Shown: positions 1-12,240, counted from the whole stretch's first letter. The stretch: DNA of 61,670 nucleotides, filler included, from Sphacelaria rigidula (GCA_964200075.2; 6 parts of 6 records of this genome joined end to end with filler, not necessarily neighbours in it); one strand, 5' to 3'. Translations and numbers: made by a program. Notes: generated from the sequence alone by a model not told the origin.

Positions 1-1150
1 GACCTCCCTCGGGTTCTGGTCGAGTAGCATCGTCATGGAAGCACAACAGATGGGGCATGTCTAGCCTACACACGGCATACCGCTATAAGCAAAAACAGAA
101 TCTGTTCAGAAGCAGGTATGTAGGCGGTGAAAATCCGTTCTCGGAGAGCTTCGCGATGCCTCATGCTACGAGTATGTGTGTGCAAATTTCAGAGTCTGCG
201 TAGCTCCAAGAAGCGGCATGAGCATTTGCGGATGGATGGATTTCGGCACATGAGCGTGAACCAGCCCGTGAACATACTCAGAAGTAATTTCTAAGCTAGA
301 ATCAAGTAGTTGGGGGTCTGTTCCTTTCAAGCTAACTTCATCGCATAAAGGCGCATGAGTTCACGCCGTTTTGGGGAGTTAGACTCCGAAAACTCGCGCA
401 CATCTACTACCTCCTGTAACGGTCCCCACGAAAGTTTCGACGGAGTCTTTTTTTTTTTCACGGGTTTTCGGGGGAAACAGGGTGAAATTTGAAGTTGTTT
501 TGCGGATGAATACTTGTACAATTGAGGTGATGAGTGATGAGTGCAAGAAAGCCTGAACTGTACCGCCACCCGGACGCAATCTAGCATCGAACCGTATTCA
601 ACTCCCTGCGTCGACTAAAGTCAGCTCGAGGGGGAAACGCCAAGGGGATGCTGTAAAACACTAGCTCTGTCAACTGCAGTGCAATATAGGAGGCAAAGTG
701 GTGATGAGTCTGTCCGTGGAGGGGGAACATGTTTGTGCCGACAACTTGACGTTCATCACTGAAGTGCGTTTGCGAAACAGTACGATCGTTTAGTCGAGTC
801 CAGCACACATCGCGGACAGGAAGTACAAGTACACTCCCGTGCAAATTACAGAGGACTTATTTCACCTGCGGCTGAAGGTCTCGTGTAACAGGACTGCAGG
901 CCATGACACCAGCACCACCAACACTAGAGCTGCACGAGGACATTGCTGATGTTGACGATGCTGGCAACACAGTGCCCTCACCAGCGTATCCGCGCGGCAG
1001 AGAAGACATCAGCGAAACCCAAGCAGCCTTGTAGACCTTCTTGGCGACTGATGATGATCGATACATTCTTGAACTGCTAGAAACGAATGCTCGACAGCTG
1101 CCGCCACCGGCAAGAACAGCAGTGGACATAACGACGGATCGGACAAGCAT
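1..1150 (-). CDS. 5' part of a spliced gene of unknown function: exon 1 at 866-1150, possible exon 2 at <1-60 with a CPIC motif
   Basis: ATG at 1150 opens 95 codons (MLVRSVVMSTAVLAGGGSCRAFVSSSS...DLQPQ) ending at a CAG|GTGAAA donor. The hydrophobic N-terminus followed by 'AF' and a Ser-rich stretch resembles a targeting peptide. A phase-0 CTAG acceptor at 61 gives TCPICCASMTMLLDQNPREV; this join is tentative because other AGs lie nearby. Confidence 0.5.
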
Positions 1151-1705
1151 ACCCTCCGCCTACCGAAGAGATACGATGTTGTGCTACGGGGCAGCTGCGC
1201 GTGTTTCTTTTTTGCGATCCTGAGTCCAGCGGGCAATATTTGTGTCAATAATAGTCATGCTCCATTACTACCTATTCTGGTCTCTAGTTCATTGTTTTTA
1301 TATTTCCCGGTAAAGCCTTCTCGTATTTTAGTTCCATGAATGATGGTTGGCCTTTGAGGTGAATTTATACTTTACATTATGTAATTTTCTGGCTTCTACT
1401 CGGGTGACATAGAAGGGTGCTATTGTGCAGGCTGTAGGGGCCAACAGTACAGCGCGGGATCATGTATGGCGAAAATGACGCGAAACCGAAATAATTTGAA
1501 CGATACTCTTACTCGTAGCGAAGCGCTTCGACAGGATCAACTTTAGACAGCGGTGAGCGATGAGATACTGTTGCAAGTTTGACGAACTGATGATTAGGCG
1601 CGATGGTACAAAAAGGTACAACACCCGAACGCCATTAAATGCGGTTCAGGCCGAAGTTTGTGTGTATTGTTCGTAGAGTTTCACGGTGCATCGAGCCAGG
1701 TGCTC

Positions 1706-4569
1706 ATGGTGGATCTGCACAAGCTAGCGCTCGAGGGCGATACGGAGGGAGTCCGCAAGTTCGTGACGAAATCATCCTCGAAGGTGGACAAGAAGAACCG
1801 CGACGGACAGACGGCGCTGCACTGCTGCGCCAAGGGGTGAGCCTGCGTTTTTACCATGTGACTGATTAGGGACAAAATCACATCATCCACGGCGTGAGCA
1901 TTGGGGGTGTTGTTCGGTGCTTTATTGACATCAACTTCGTCGTGGAACTCACACTCCGTGTGGAAGTGCGGCTGCTGTACCGTACCATACGATACTGTTG
2001 TGCTTGACCATCATAGGTCTACTAGTGCCATAGTGGTCGCTCGCGGTCGGTAACAGGTTTTCTAAGCCGATAACATGACGACGCTGTTTTGACCTGTTCC
2101 AACTCCTGCCATGTAAAGCTTGTACCCACAGGGGTCAGAAAACTGCAATAATATTGAGCGTTCGTCGGTCGGACACATGCGTCTATTAAGACATGGTATA
2201 ACATGACCCACGCCCCCTTCCTCCTGCCGCCTTACAATTTCGTGTTGTACTTCCTGGTTCCCCAGCGGTTATGCCGGTGTTGCTCGAGAGCTCCTGGCGG
2301 CTGGGGCATTTACGGATGTTGAGGATAAACTGAGCCGAACGCCTTTGTATGTGGCAGTCGACAACAATAAAATAGGAGTGGCTACGGTGCTCTGCGAGGC
2401 AGGCGCTTCCACCAGTCGACCAGGTCCGCACGGGCGTACACCCCTACATCTCGCCGCTAAAGCTGGACTCGTCGAATGCGCTAAATTGCTTTTGGTGCAT
2501 GGTGCTCCTATCGACGACAGCCCCGATAAGTGAGGGAGAGCTTCTGGCGGGCTGTTCGTTGCTGATCAACAACGCGCCAAATGAACGTCTACCCTTATTT
2601 ATATGCCTCCCGTGTAGCCAGTCTCGATCTGCTTCACCTCCAGGATCGTCTTTGAAATTAAACGACCATTACGTCTCCTATTATTTGTTTTGAATAGGGA
2701 ACTTATTCGTGGCCCCTCCTCTCAGTATCCCTCTTACTCGAGGCAGCGCATGAATCGGTGGTATCGCCGTAACCCCTTTTTCACGTCGGTGTATTGTTAT
2801 AAGGAAAAGCGGGCGGCTGTGTACAACTGCTCGCCATGCGAAACATACCCAGCCTTGTGGGCAGTGCGCGAGCCTGGGTCAGGAAACGCAGGTGGCCTGG
2901 CAACTCCCACACCTCGGACAATATATGGTCAATAGTTGCAATAGACAAGAGACGTACTGCATAAAGTGTGGGCCTATTGCGACCATTGTCGGCCGGCAAT
3001 AGTTGCAATAGGCCTATACTTTATGCAGTACACTTCTCGTCTATTGCATCCATTGGCCATATATTGTCCAGGGTGTGCAACTTTCCAAGCACGCCCTGGA
3101 GCTGGCCTGAATTAACATTTTGCTTGATTGACAATATTTCAGTCAACACAGATGCCTTCACCCAAGATTCGCTTGACCTTGACGGTGAACAGTGAAGCAC
3201 AACCACGATCTACCCATTTTGAAGCGCTGCTGAATATATTTTCGCCGTGTGGTATCCGTCAACGTGCGTATGGATCGCATTGTCAGAAATTCTCAGTTTC
3301 CCAAAGCGCTCCGCCCCACCGATCAAAGGCAACATACACGCGTTTAAGGACGGTACCGCATGTACATTCACGTATCCACGTTAATTGGGAAATTCAGGTA
3401 CGGCAATTCCCCAGAGGACTCCTGTGCAATATCAGAAATACGGATTTCCATTACCACAGCGCGCCGAGAGCGAGCGGCGGCCGCCGCCGGTGGCGAAGAC
3501 TGTATCTACAGTCCAAAGTCAGCTTCGGCACCCCAGGCGTTTCACAGAGAGTATAACGACGGCAGGGTGGATTTGGACGGCGGCTTTAACTCTGAATCCC
3601 GTCAAGAGGAGAAACATGGAAATGATGGCATGGCGGCTTCCAACTCACCCTTCAACCCCGCAGTAGTAGCCCCGCCATCATGTGAGTGAACAAAAGTGAT
3701 CACGACCCAAGTTAGTGGAAGTATTGGGGGTCTATGCCATGGCTGGATTTCTTGGTGATACCAGGCGATGTTAATGTACTTCACTTTTTTCTCTCATGTT
3801 AGTTCCCTCAACATCCTCATGTCAGGAGTCACAATGCTGCGCGTGGGTTTGTAAATGTCTGCTTTCGCTGGAGGACTGAACTGTCAACAACCATCGTCTC
3901 CTCACGCTGGCCTACCTCTATGCCCATGCCTTTCTATGGTTCGCACCGAAGGGACAAAGTCCGTGGCGCACGAAAACTGGAGGCGATGTCGGCATGATTC
4001 CATCGCCTAACTTCTCATAGTGTGCACAACACATGCTCAGCGAATCAAAAGGGTGTGTTGAGAATCAATGAGGCAATGGACAGATGACAGTACCAACAAC
4101 ACGGGAAAATAAAGAGCTCGCTGATGGACGAAGATTACCATTTACCGCGGGTACCTGGTATTTCTCTGACAGTTAAGGTAGCAACCCATCACAACCAAAC
4201 CATGCGTGACGTATACGCCACTTACTTCCTCCCAACCCCGCTCTACTGCGCGTCCGCCCTTCACTGCAATTACGCAAACCCGAAGCAGACACCGAAGCGG
4301 TTAGCCTCTCGCAGTACTCTGGCCCAGGCGACCACAGCCGGGATGGTACCGCTTTGTCACCCATGTCCAAAGCACGCGAGGCCGCCAAGCTTGGGGGCGA
4401 CCGTTGTTCGGCATGTTGCACTGTCGAGCGATCACGGCAGCTGACGCCCTGCTATCATGTTGTCTGTAGCGCCTGCGCCCGACGCTGCAGGAATGAGGGG
4501 GAGGATCGCTGCCCCACCTGTGGCAAGGAGGTGTTCGATGACAACCCTTGGATTCCGCCGTCCGTGTGA
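1706..4569 (+). CDS. Ankyrin-repeat protein with C-terminal C3HC4 RING finger (putative E3 ubiquitin ligase), 4 exons, about 319 aa
   Basis: join(1706-1836,2266-2529,3398-3681,4289-4569) = 960 nt, in frame, with GT..AG at all junctions. Ankyrin motifs: GQTALHCCAKGG, SRTPLYVAV, GRTPLHLAAKAG, DKYGNSPED. RING: CSAC...PCYHVVCSAC...CPTC, then stop. Confidence 0.88.
2908..3077. repeat. 170-bp loop-less imperfect palindrome (foldback/MITE-like) in intron 2 of the ankyrin gene
   Basis: Arms 2908-2992 and 2993-3077 are reverse complements with about 14 mismatches in 85 bp, nearly all transitions, centred on GTCGG|CCGGC. Confidence 0.85.
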
Positions 4570-6470
4570 TCATTTGTGGGTGTTCTGTTGCGTGAGGCCC
4601 GGGCAGCACACGGAACTGGGGTGAAGGGGGAGGAGGTGCTTGATGGGTATTGTTGGGTTTGCGAGGCGCGCACAGCACAAGGACAGGATGGGAAGACGGC
4701 TGCGAGGTGGCGGGGACGGCGCGTCCTCAGTTTTGCATACCCTAGCTCGCTGACCATTGATCGCGGGCCCGTAAAAGCGTGTGTGGGGTAGGGTGGATTT
4801 TGGAGAAAACAAAACTCGTAAGCTCGTGGACACTCTTTTCTCTCTGTCAAAATCTTGGGAGTATATGTGAATTGATACAGAACGAAAAGGTCCCGGACGT
4901 CGTGCGATTGAGCGACCTGATTGATTGTGAAGGTGTTGTTGAACTGTACTGTCTATCCCCGTAAATATGCTGCAAACTACCGTTCGTTGACCAGGCTGAA
5001 ACTCGCCGGGTGTTTATGATGAATGGGATCGGTTTCGATATTACCGGGTTGTGCCAAGCGTAGGCTTTGTGCTATAAGATGGGAGATGGTCCATTTGTTA
5101 CAGTACACTTTTGTGCTCAGCAAGAGCAGTCTCCGTAAGGCAATGCCCTCGTATACCCTAGAAGACTGTGACTTCGATGAGGGAAAATATCAGTTGCTAT
5201 GGTGATGAATGAGATGACGGTGAGGTCGCACACGATGTACCGTATCATAGAACCAGGTGAAGAATATCATGAACCCAGGTGAAGAATGCCCGCAGGTTGG
5301 AGCTCGGAAATGGTACAAGTTATAACTGGCCATTATCATTCTAGTGATCATAATGGCAATGGTTGTATGAAATCTGGATGATGGTTTCGAACCATTATTC
5401 ATCGTTACCGGCTTTACAAGCAGTTACCGGCTACGTATGCAACGTACAGCCCGTGAAAATTGGCCCAAATCTCACGTATTTATCAGCTCTAGTGAAACCA
5501 AATCGCATAGAAACGTGCCTCAGGCACGGCGTCTCCAGGGGAGGGGGGGGGGCTTTTTGGCTCGCGGCTGCGCCGCTCGATGACCAAACCATTATGTTCC
5601 ATTTAAGTGGTTCGTGAGTGCTCTACGCGTAACCATTCAACTGGTCGATGGTTCGACAAACCATTTCCGAGCTCTATCGCAGGTCGAGTCTCACACTTTG
5701 TATCTTACGCGAGAATATACCTCCAACCCTCTCGCTAGACTGGGCGATAGCTTCACATTCGATTTGGGTATGAACAAGACGACAGTCCCATGCGATACGA
5801 GAGTATTTTATAAATAATATTTACTTTTCACCAGGCATGGTGTGGCCGTTAATCTTCGACGACATTTTTTTCACGTCACACAACATATTGGAGGATGGTC
5901 TAATCTCACGCGAGGCATGGCTCAAGGACACCATTTGATCCCTCGACGCACTGCCCTTGGGCCGCACTGCACGCATACGATCTTCGTTATTCCTGCTTTG
6001 AGAGGTCAGAGGCATTCTGGAAGAGTACAGCGTGAGATATATCGGAAGTCCCTCCTCGATACTGGAGAGAGTCGGTTGCGCGCGTGGTGCAATCGGTGGG
6101 TGTCAATTTTCAGGTACTGTCAGGAAAATATATAGACGTCGCGCGCAAAATTCTGAAGAGGGGACTGCGTTCTACCGCAGCAATCTTGGGAGCATCTATA
6201 CCCCCGGTCGGTCGATTCCACTGCGCTGAAGAGGAAGTCGAAGGCCATAAATTGCAGCAAGGCAACGATTATCGCGGCAAGTCATATTCTCCGGGCCGTG
6301 TACCGTCTCGTCTACAAACAGCCCGTCTCAGCAGCTTTGAGTTTCAATTTTTTAAACTTGAGACGGCACGTGTCTTTTTATCTTGGTTCTAGTGTTTCTA
6401 CTACTAATATCAGTACTTTATAGTACTGTACAGGAACGGACCGGGGGGTGGTGGGGTTAGCGCTCAGCTC

Positions 6471-9005
6471 ATGGCACCATCATCCGCGGACGATAGCGAC
6501 AACTCATCTTCGCGCGGCAACAACAAAAACAAGAACAAGGATTCTCAACGGCGGGGATCGCGATCTCGTAGTGCAGGAGCCGGATCAGAAGCGACTCCTT
6601 CTGTCAGTAAGAAAGGTAGCGGTAGCGGCCGTTCGGCCAAGGCATCCAAGTCCCCGAGCCGCACACCAACAGCTGACAAAAACAGCAAGACCGCCAAGGG
6701 AAAGGCAGCCGCGGCGGCAGCAGCATTAGCATCAGCAAAGAAGGCCGCTGAGGAGGTATTTTAGGGATCTACTTCCGGGATTGGGATGAGATCAGGATTG
6801 TGATAAGATGAGCGTGTGAAAATTAGTCGGCGTGAGTTGGTGAGCGCGGGCGGTTGATGTGTCCGAGGGTTGAAGTGCAAGTAAGACCTGATATTTCACA
6901 TCTGTGGTCATGTCAACCCTGTTCTCGGTACCTGTACGTGGTTGCCAACTGAACTGTGCGGTCCGTCGGTTTGGCGTTTCGTGTGTTCCAAACCGTCGAT
7001 CGTTGTTTTCGTGTGTGGATGTCCCCATTAATTACGACGTATCTCTGTGGAGAAAATGGTCCTGCGTTGCTGACACTGCACTGTCTGTTGTACACGCAGA
7101 CAGTAGTAATCTTTGTCGTGGAGTGTTCCGTAAACATGATGCAGAACCCGCGGTATCTTCAGGGGCAGCCGCTCCTTCCTGGTTCGTACTGTCTGTAGAG
7201 CTCAGGTGTACACGCCGGGACTAATATGCTGTGCTGACTGGACTTGTCCGGTAGCCTATATTTTTGGCCTGTGTACTAGCACCGTGAGCGCTCACGCCCA
7301 CATGAGCACATAAATACACAGCGCGGTACTATGGTATTTGTCTGTTTGCCGCACACATCGCGTGGTGTGGGTGCACTGTCTGTATACAATGGACTTTCTC
7401 TCCGCTTTGTCTGTGGTCGCTGATAGGACTCTATATTGCCGGCTGAAACCAAGTAGGGATCGTAGGGTTGAATGTCGAACGCAGCTGTAACGTCCAGCAA
7501 AGTGTTGGTTCAACTACGCTCCCGTTACCCTTCACGAAAAAAAACACTTGCCAAGTACAAGACAAGATACATCAAACTCGAAGCCCCTTTTCAAATCAGC
7601 GCTTTTGTTTGTCCCATCTCACCCAGCAATTGGATGAGAACTTTCGGGCTAAACCCCACCCATGGGGGAACTTTGTCGAGATTTTGCGCAGTGCCCCCTC
7701 CCCGCTCGCGCGCCCCTCCGAGTCATCGTCAGTCATTATCCAGAGGTCGGAGTTTTCTCTTCAGGATGCTGCAGTTCTTACTCCAGAATTCTTCAAAAGT
7801 TCATGACTGGGCTAGTTAATTCTGCATTAATAATATCAGGCTTCTACTAATTATGCCAGTCCGGGTTCTGTGTGCATGTGACCCCTTCACTATTTTCAAG
7901 ATGAACGTTTTTTCTGAACCCGTACGAGCACAATAAGTAGAAGCCTAATTTAATTTAATACGATGTACTCTATATGCCAAGCAAGAGCGAAAGGGTGCTT
8001 GTTCCTCACCTCCTCCTTCTGGATCTTCGCCGCCTGCTGGTTGCTGACCTTTCCCCTGCCTCGGACGCTCAAAATTCGACCATTTATCCTGTTGGCGACG
8101 AAAGCGCGCCGAAAAAGCGCGGCAGAAAGCGGCGGCTGCCGAAAAAGCGGCAGCAGAAAAAGCGGCAGCAGAAAAAGCGGGAAAAAAGACGGCGAAAAAG
8201 GTGCCGTCCGTAGACGCGTGCAGTCAGTTGAGTCGAGATCCTAACGTGTTCCAAGCCCCCTTGTCTCCTAAATCAATGCTTGCCTAAATGGCCGAGTTTA
8301 CATCGGAGCCGACCTTCCAGAGTGTTTATGTACCCACAAACTGGGAGACTGTGAGGCTAGGGCATAGGGCTTGGGTCGTGGCACAGACTTCTCGACGTGC
8401 CTGAGGACGTGGGCATGTGTGTGAGAGGTCACTGAGTAGAACCTCGACTGAGTGCTCGGCATGTGGAGTAGCGGAAGTGCAACCCGAACGTTGATGATAA
8501 TGCGTCGGAAACGATGTTGCCCACCCAGTAAAGCTTTCCTTCATCATAGCTTGACAGCACTGTTGCTATGTTGTACTCGCACGCTTAACAAACTCAAATG
8601 TTTTGCCCTCCCCCAAATAAAAATAAAGATAAGTGTCTTGTCAAAGAAAATTAGGCGACAAAAGAGGGCGCTTTCACTTCGAGCAACCTGGATTTCCTTG
8701 ACACCGCAATATGAGAATGTGTATAACTTGTGTTGCAATAGCAGCATTTACCGACGCGTAAACGTCGGCGTGACAACATGCACATCCCAGCCCCTTTTTG
8801 CTGTCCTAGGGGTGATACTGCAGAATGTAACGGTTTTGTATCGATACTGCAGAGTACCTATCCCGCTCCACTTACCGCGTTTGTGAGCGCAAAGCCCGTC
8901 TTCTGACGTACGATTTCGTTTGTCTCCCTGCCCCCTGCATGCCCGGTAATCCCTCCAGGCTAGGGACGCGGAGCGGAAGCGGATGAAACGAGCGGAGGAA
9001 GCCAG
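6471..9005 (+). CDS. 5' part of a gene for a basic, low-complexity Ser/Lys/Ala-rich protein; 3' exons not found in this contig
   Basis: Exons 6471-6755 (ends AKKAAEE|GTATTT), 8126-8200 (CAG|KAAAAEKAAAEKAAAEKAGKKTAKK|GTGCCG) and 8959-9005 (CCAG|ARDAERKRMKRAEEA|GTAAAC). Phases 0/0/2 are compatible and the composition is continuous across junctions. Confidence 0.65.
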
Positions 9006-9497
9006 GTAAACTCTGTGGCAGTTCATGTCGCTTTGTGTTCGTGCTCGCGGGGGTCAGCGAATGCATACGACAGGTGTCCTGTGTTGTGTCCGTTTTGGGT
9101 GGAAGTGTGAAGTACACGGTTGTTGTCTTCTGCATCTTGAGAGGGTGAAAGGAAACGCGTGTAGAGGAACGTGTAGGAAGGAACAACCAACCTTTTGTGT
9201 TCTTGCAAAGTCCCGCGAAGCGCTGTTTTGTCTTGAACCCTTCCGATGGATATGCAATATCTCGTTGCTGCACTGCGTGCGTTTTCACTGTGGAGTACAC
9301 TGAGGGCTACAAGATCACACCCTGATCAATATATTATGTTGTCGAAGAGTGTCCTGCGTACAGTATCGATTATTGCGTCTACTATGTTTGATTTCCTCAT
9401 ACCTTATTATAGGTATCCTGTGACCACGAAAGGCGTCCGCATCAGATGCCCAGTACGAATGTACCGCGCAGATATCGGAACGGTTTCTAGTGTAAAG

Positions 9498-9545
<48 letters not shown>
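9498..9545. repeat. (ACA)n microsatellite
   Basis: About 16 ACA units read directly, one imperfect. Confidence 0.95.
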
Positions 9546-10196
9546 TCTTGCAGCAGACAATGGATTACATACTGTGAGCAGTACACTTTCAACAACGTAA
9601 TCTATTTACCTGGGTGAGCTCAAGACGTCTCCCGGACATTATCTCGGGGACTTTTTTCGATAACTACAGTGTTGTTCCTTGTCAACGTTATGGAGGCATT
9701 GTACTGAAATTATATTTCATCATCCGCGGCGCCAATTGAAGACGGTCATACTCTAAGGCCTAAAACATGCTGAGACTAAAGAGGGCGGACGTCCGGATGG
9801 GGAAGGATGCTTATCACTACGAATGCAGAAAGCGTTTATTGCACGATATGTATTCGCGCAATTGTAAGTTGACACTGTGTTCCCAGTGCCAGTACAACGA
9901 GTACTGTAAAACTGACTGTACGATGCGAGCCACGGCTCGACAGGGCTAGAATACCGGCGATCCATTCGTGCAAAAAAATCAAATTGCAACTCGCGCTCTG
10001 TTCTACTATGGAACCAAGTGAAAACTCTGCACAAGGGTGATCACGCGCCTGCCAGAGAAAGGTGAATATCTTCACGTGGGAGCACACAACGGAAGAATAT
10101 CTGATTGATTCTGATAATAGAAAAGTATAGCAACTGCCCCTGTCATTTTCAGACCGTCGTGGTAACGCCCAAGCTAGGTCTGGCACTGTGAGGGAG

Positions 10197-10296
10197 NNNN
10201 NNNNNNNNNNNNNNNNNNNNNNNNNNNNNNNNNNNNNNNNTTAATTAATTAANNNNNNNNNNNNNNNNNNNNNNNNNNNNNNNNNNNNNNNNNNNN
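10197..10296. other. Artificial contig spacer N44-TTAATTAATTAA-N44
   Basis: 100-bp spacer; the 12-mer places stops in all six frames. Confidence 0.98.
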
Positions 10297-12240
10297 CGTC
10301 CCGGCTTTGTAGGGATGCGAGGTCAATGGTCTGATGACTATGGCAAGCATGATCATGAGTACACCCCCGTGGGGTCGGCGTCGGTTGGCGACGACGTTGC
10401 AAAACACGCCACCCACTGCGTACGCTAGGCAACCAAGTTACCATTCGTTCCTTGCGCTCGCGTCTTTTTTTCACGGTAGCCATGATGGTGGTCGAGCTAG
10501 ATCATGTTGTGCGGGGTGGTAGAACCTCAATTCCGCGCAAAGGGGATGATCATACTACCTAGTGCTGATACGGAGAGACACTCATGAGGCGGTGTGGAAC
10601 CCGTGGCTGTATCTGGAAGTGGCGAGAGCAGACAACGAAACGACTTATTCAATCAGGACGCTTCGGACCGAACAGCCTCAGCAGGTTACAGCTCACCCTT
10701 CATGCGACTCGCCGAGCACACCACGGCGCTTCGCGCGTGGTGATTGATTGCAAGCCTGGTCTTCGAAAACCCGGCATGCTCCGTCCCGGCTTTGTGGGAA
10801 TGCGAGGTCAACGTTGTTATGGCTATGGCATGCATGATCATGAGTACCCCCCCCCCCCGTTCCCCCCCCGTTCGTCTTGCCATCCATGAGACATTGTGTA
10901 CCCTGTGGTTGTCGCTGGAAGTGACGATACCAGACAAAGAGGCAAATTATTGGAGGCTGTCATCCATTTGCAAGATGATCGTTACGCTTCGGGCCGAGAA
11001 ATCTTAGCAAGATGCAGGTCATCCCTCATGTGACTCGCCGAACACATCACGGCGCTTTGCCCTTGGTGATTGATCACGAGCCTGGTCCGACGAAAACCCG
11101 GCGCGCTCCGTCCCGGCTTTGCAGGGATCTGAGGTCATGATTCAATGACTGGCATGCCAGATCATGACTGCACCCCTCATCCTGACAATGAGTGTGCGGA
11201 AACTTGAAACTGTCGGCTTGAGAGGAGGCTGCGTTGTGAACCAACCGATTGGCCTGACCATGGGCATAGCAGCCACACTATCGTCCTGCCAGGGGGTACA
11301 AGATACCCACCATACAGTACGGATACTCTCGTGTGTTCTTTCCCTTTTTTTCCCGACATCGGAGAAGAACATGCGGGTGTCGGCCTCAGGAGGCTCTCGA
11401 ATTTTCTAATGGCCTCCTGCACTTTGCTCACCACCCTCGTTTGCATCGGTTTTTACTGTTTTGATGGTGTTTAACCCTCGACCCCCACCGGAGAAAGGGG
11501 ATGGTCGTGCTACGCGGTGTTTGAATGGTGAGACACCCATGAGGCAGCGTAACCCGTGACTGTTTCTGAAAGTGGTGATGCCAGAAAATGAAGAAGCTCA
11601 TTGCGGGCTGTCATCCATCGGTAAGATAATCAGTACGCTTGGGGTCGAGCGATCCTAGCAGGATGCAACTCACCCTTCATGCGACTCGCCGAACACACCA
11701 CGGCGCTTCGTGCTTGGTGATTGATTGCGAGCCTGGTCCGGCTGAAACCCCGACGTGCTCCGTCCCGGCTCTGTAGGGATGCGAGGTCAACGGTCTTCTG
11801 AATACGGCATACACTATCATGAGTACACCTCCCCTCTACTCCGGCTGCCATCTTTTTGCAGGATAGTACGCTTGGGGCTGAACAATCTTGGCAGAATGCA
11901 GCTCAAGCTCAATGCGACTTACCGCACACATCGCGGTGCTTCGCGCTTCGTGATTGCGAGCTTGGTCCGGCGAAAGCCCGGCGTGCTCCGTCTCATCTTT
12001 GTAGAGACGCGAGGTTAATGGTCTAAATGACTACGGGATGCAGAATAACCATTATACACTCCCCCCCGCCATGCGCCGTCTTGCTCCGTCTCGAAACGAA
12101 TGCGTGGTCAACGGTCAAACGACTAAGGCAAGCAACAAATGAGTACGCCCCCCCCTCCCCCCCGCCCCGTCATGCAGCATCAATGGTCACATGACTACGG
12201 CATGCCAGATCATGAGTACACCCCCGCCCCCCCGCTCCCT
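10297..12240 (+). mobile_element. Head-to-tail cluster of about 7 copies of the poly-C-tailed repeat family
   Basis: Copies at about 10297-10369, 10371-10870 (full length), 10885-11178, 11482-11836, 11858-12070, 12083-12168 and 12180-12240. They share a 3' block (CTCCGTCCCGGCTTTGTAGGGATGCGAGGTCAA...ATGAGTAC or a variant) followed by a C-run and differ in 5' start. Confidence 0.85.

Noticed and set aside
5830-6300. Protein-like reading after an acceptor-like TTTTCACCAG
   Set aside because: Two in-frame stops and no recognisable motif; cannot be supported as a gene.
10241-10252. TTAATTAATTAA recurring every ~10.3 kb as a biological periodic signal
   Set aside because: It is embedded in N-runs and is an assembly linker.
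10297-10369. Hammerhead ribozyme in the poly-C element (CTGATGA, with CGAAA upstream in other copies)
   Set aside because: I could not build stems I and II, and CTGATGA is not conserved among copies. An Infernal search with Rfam hammerhead models would settle it.
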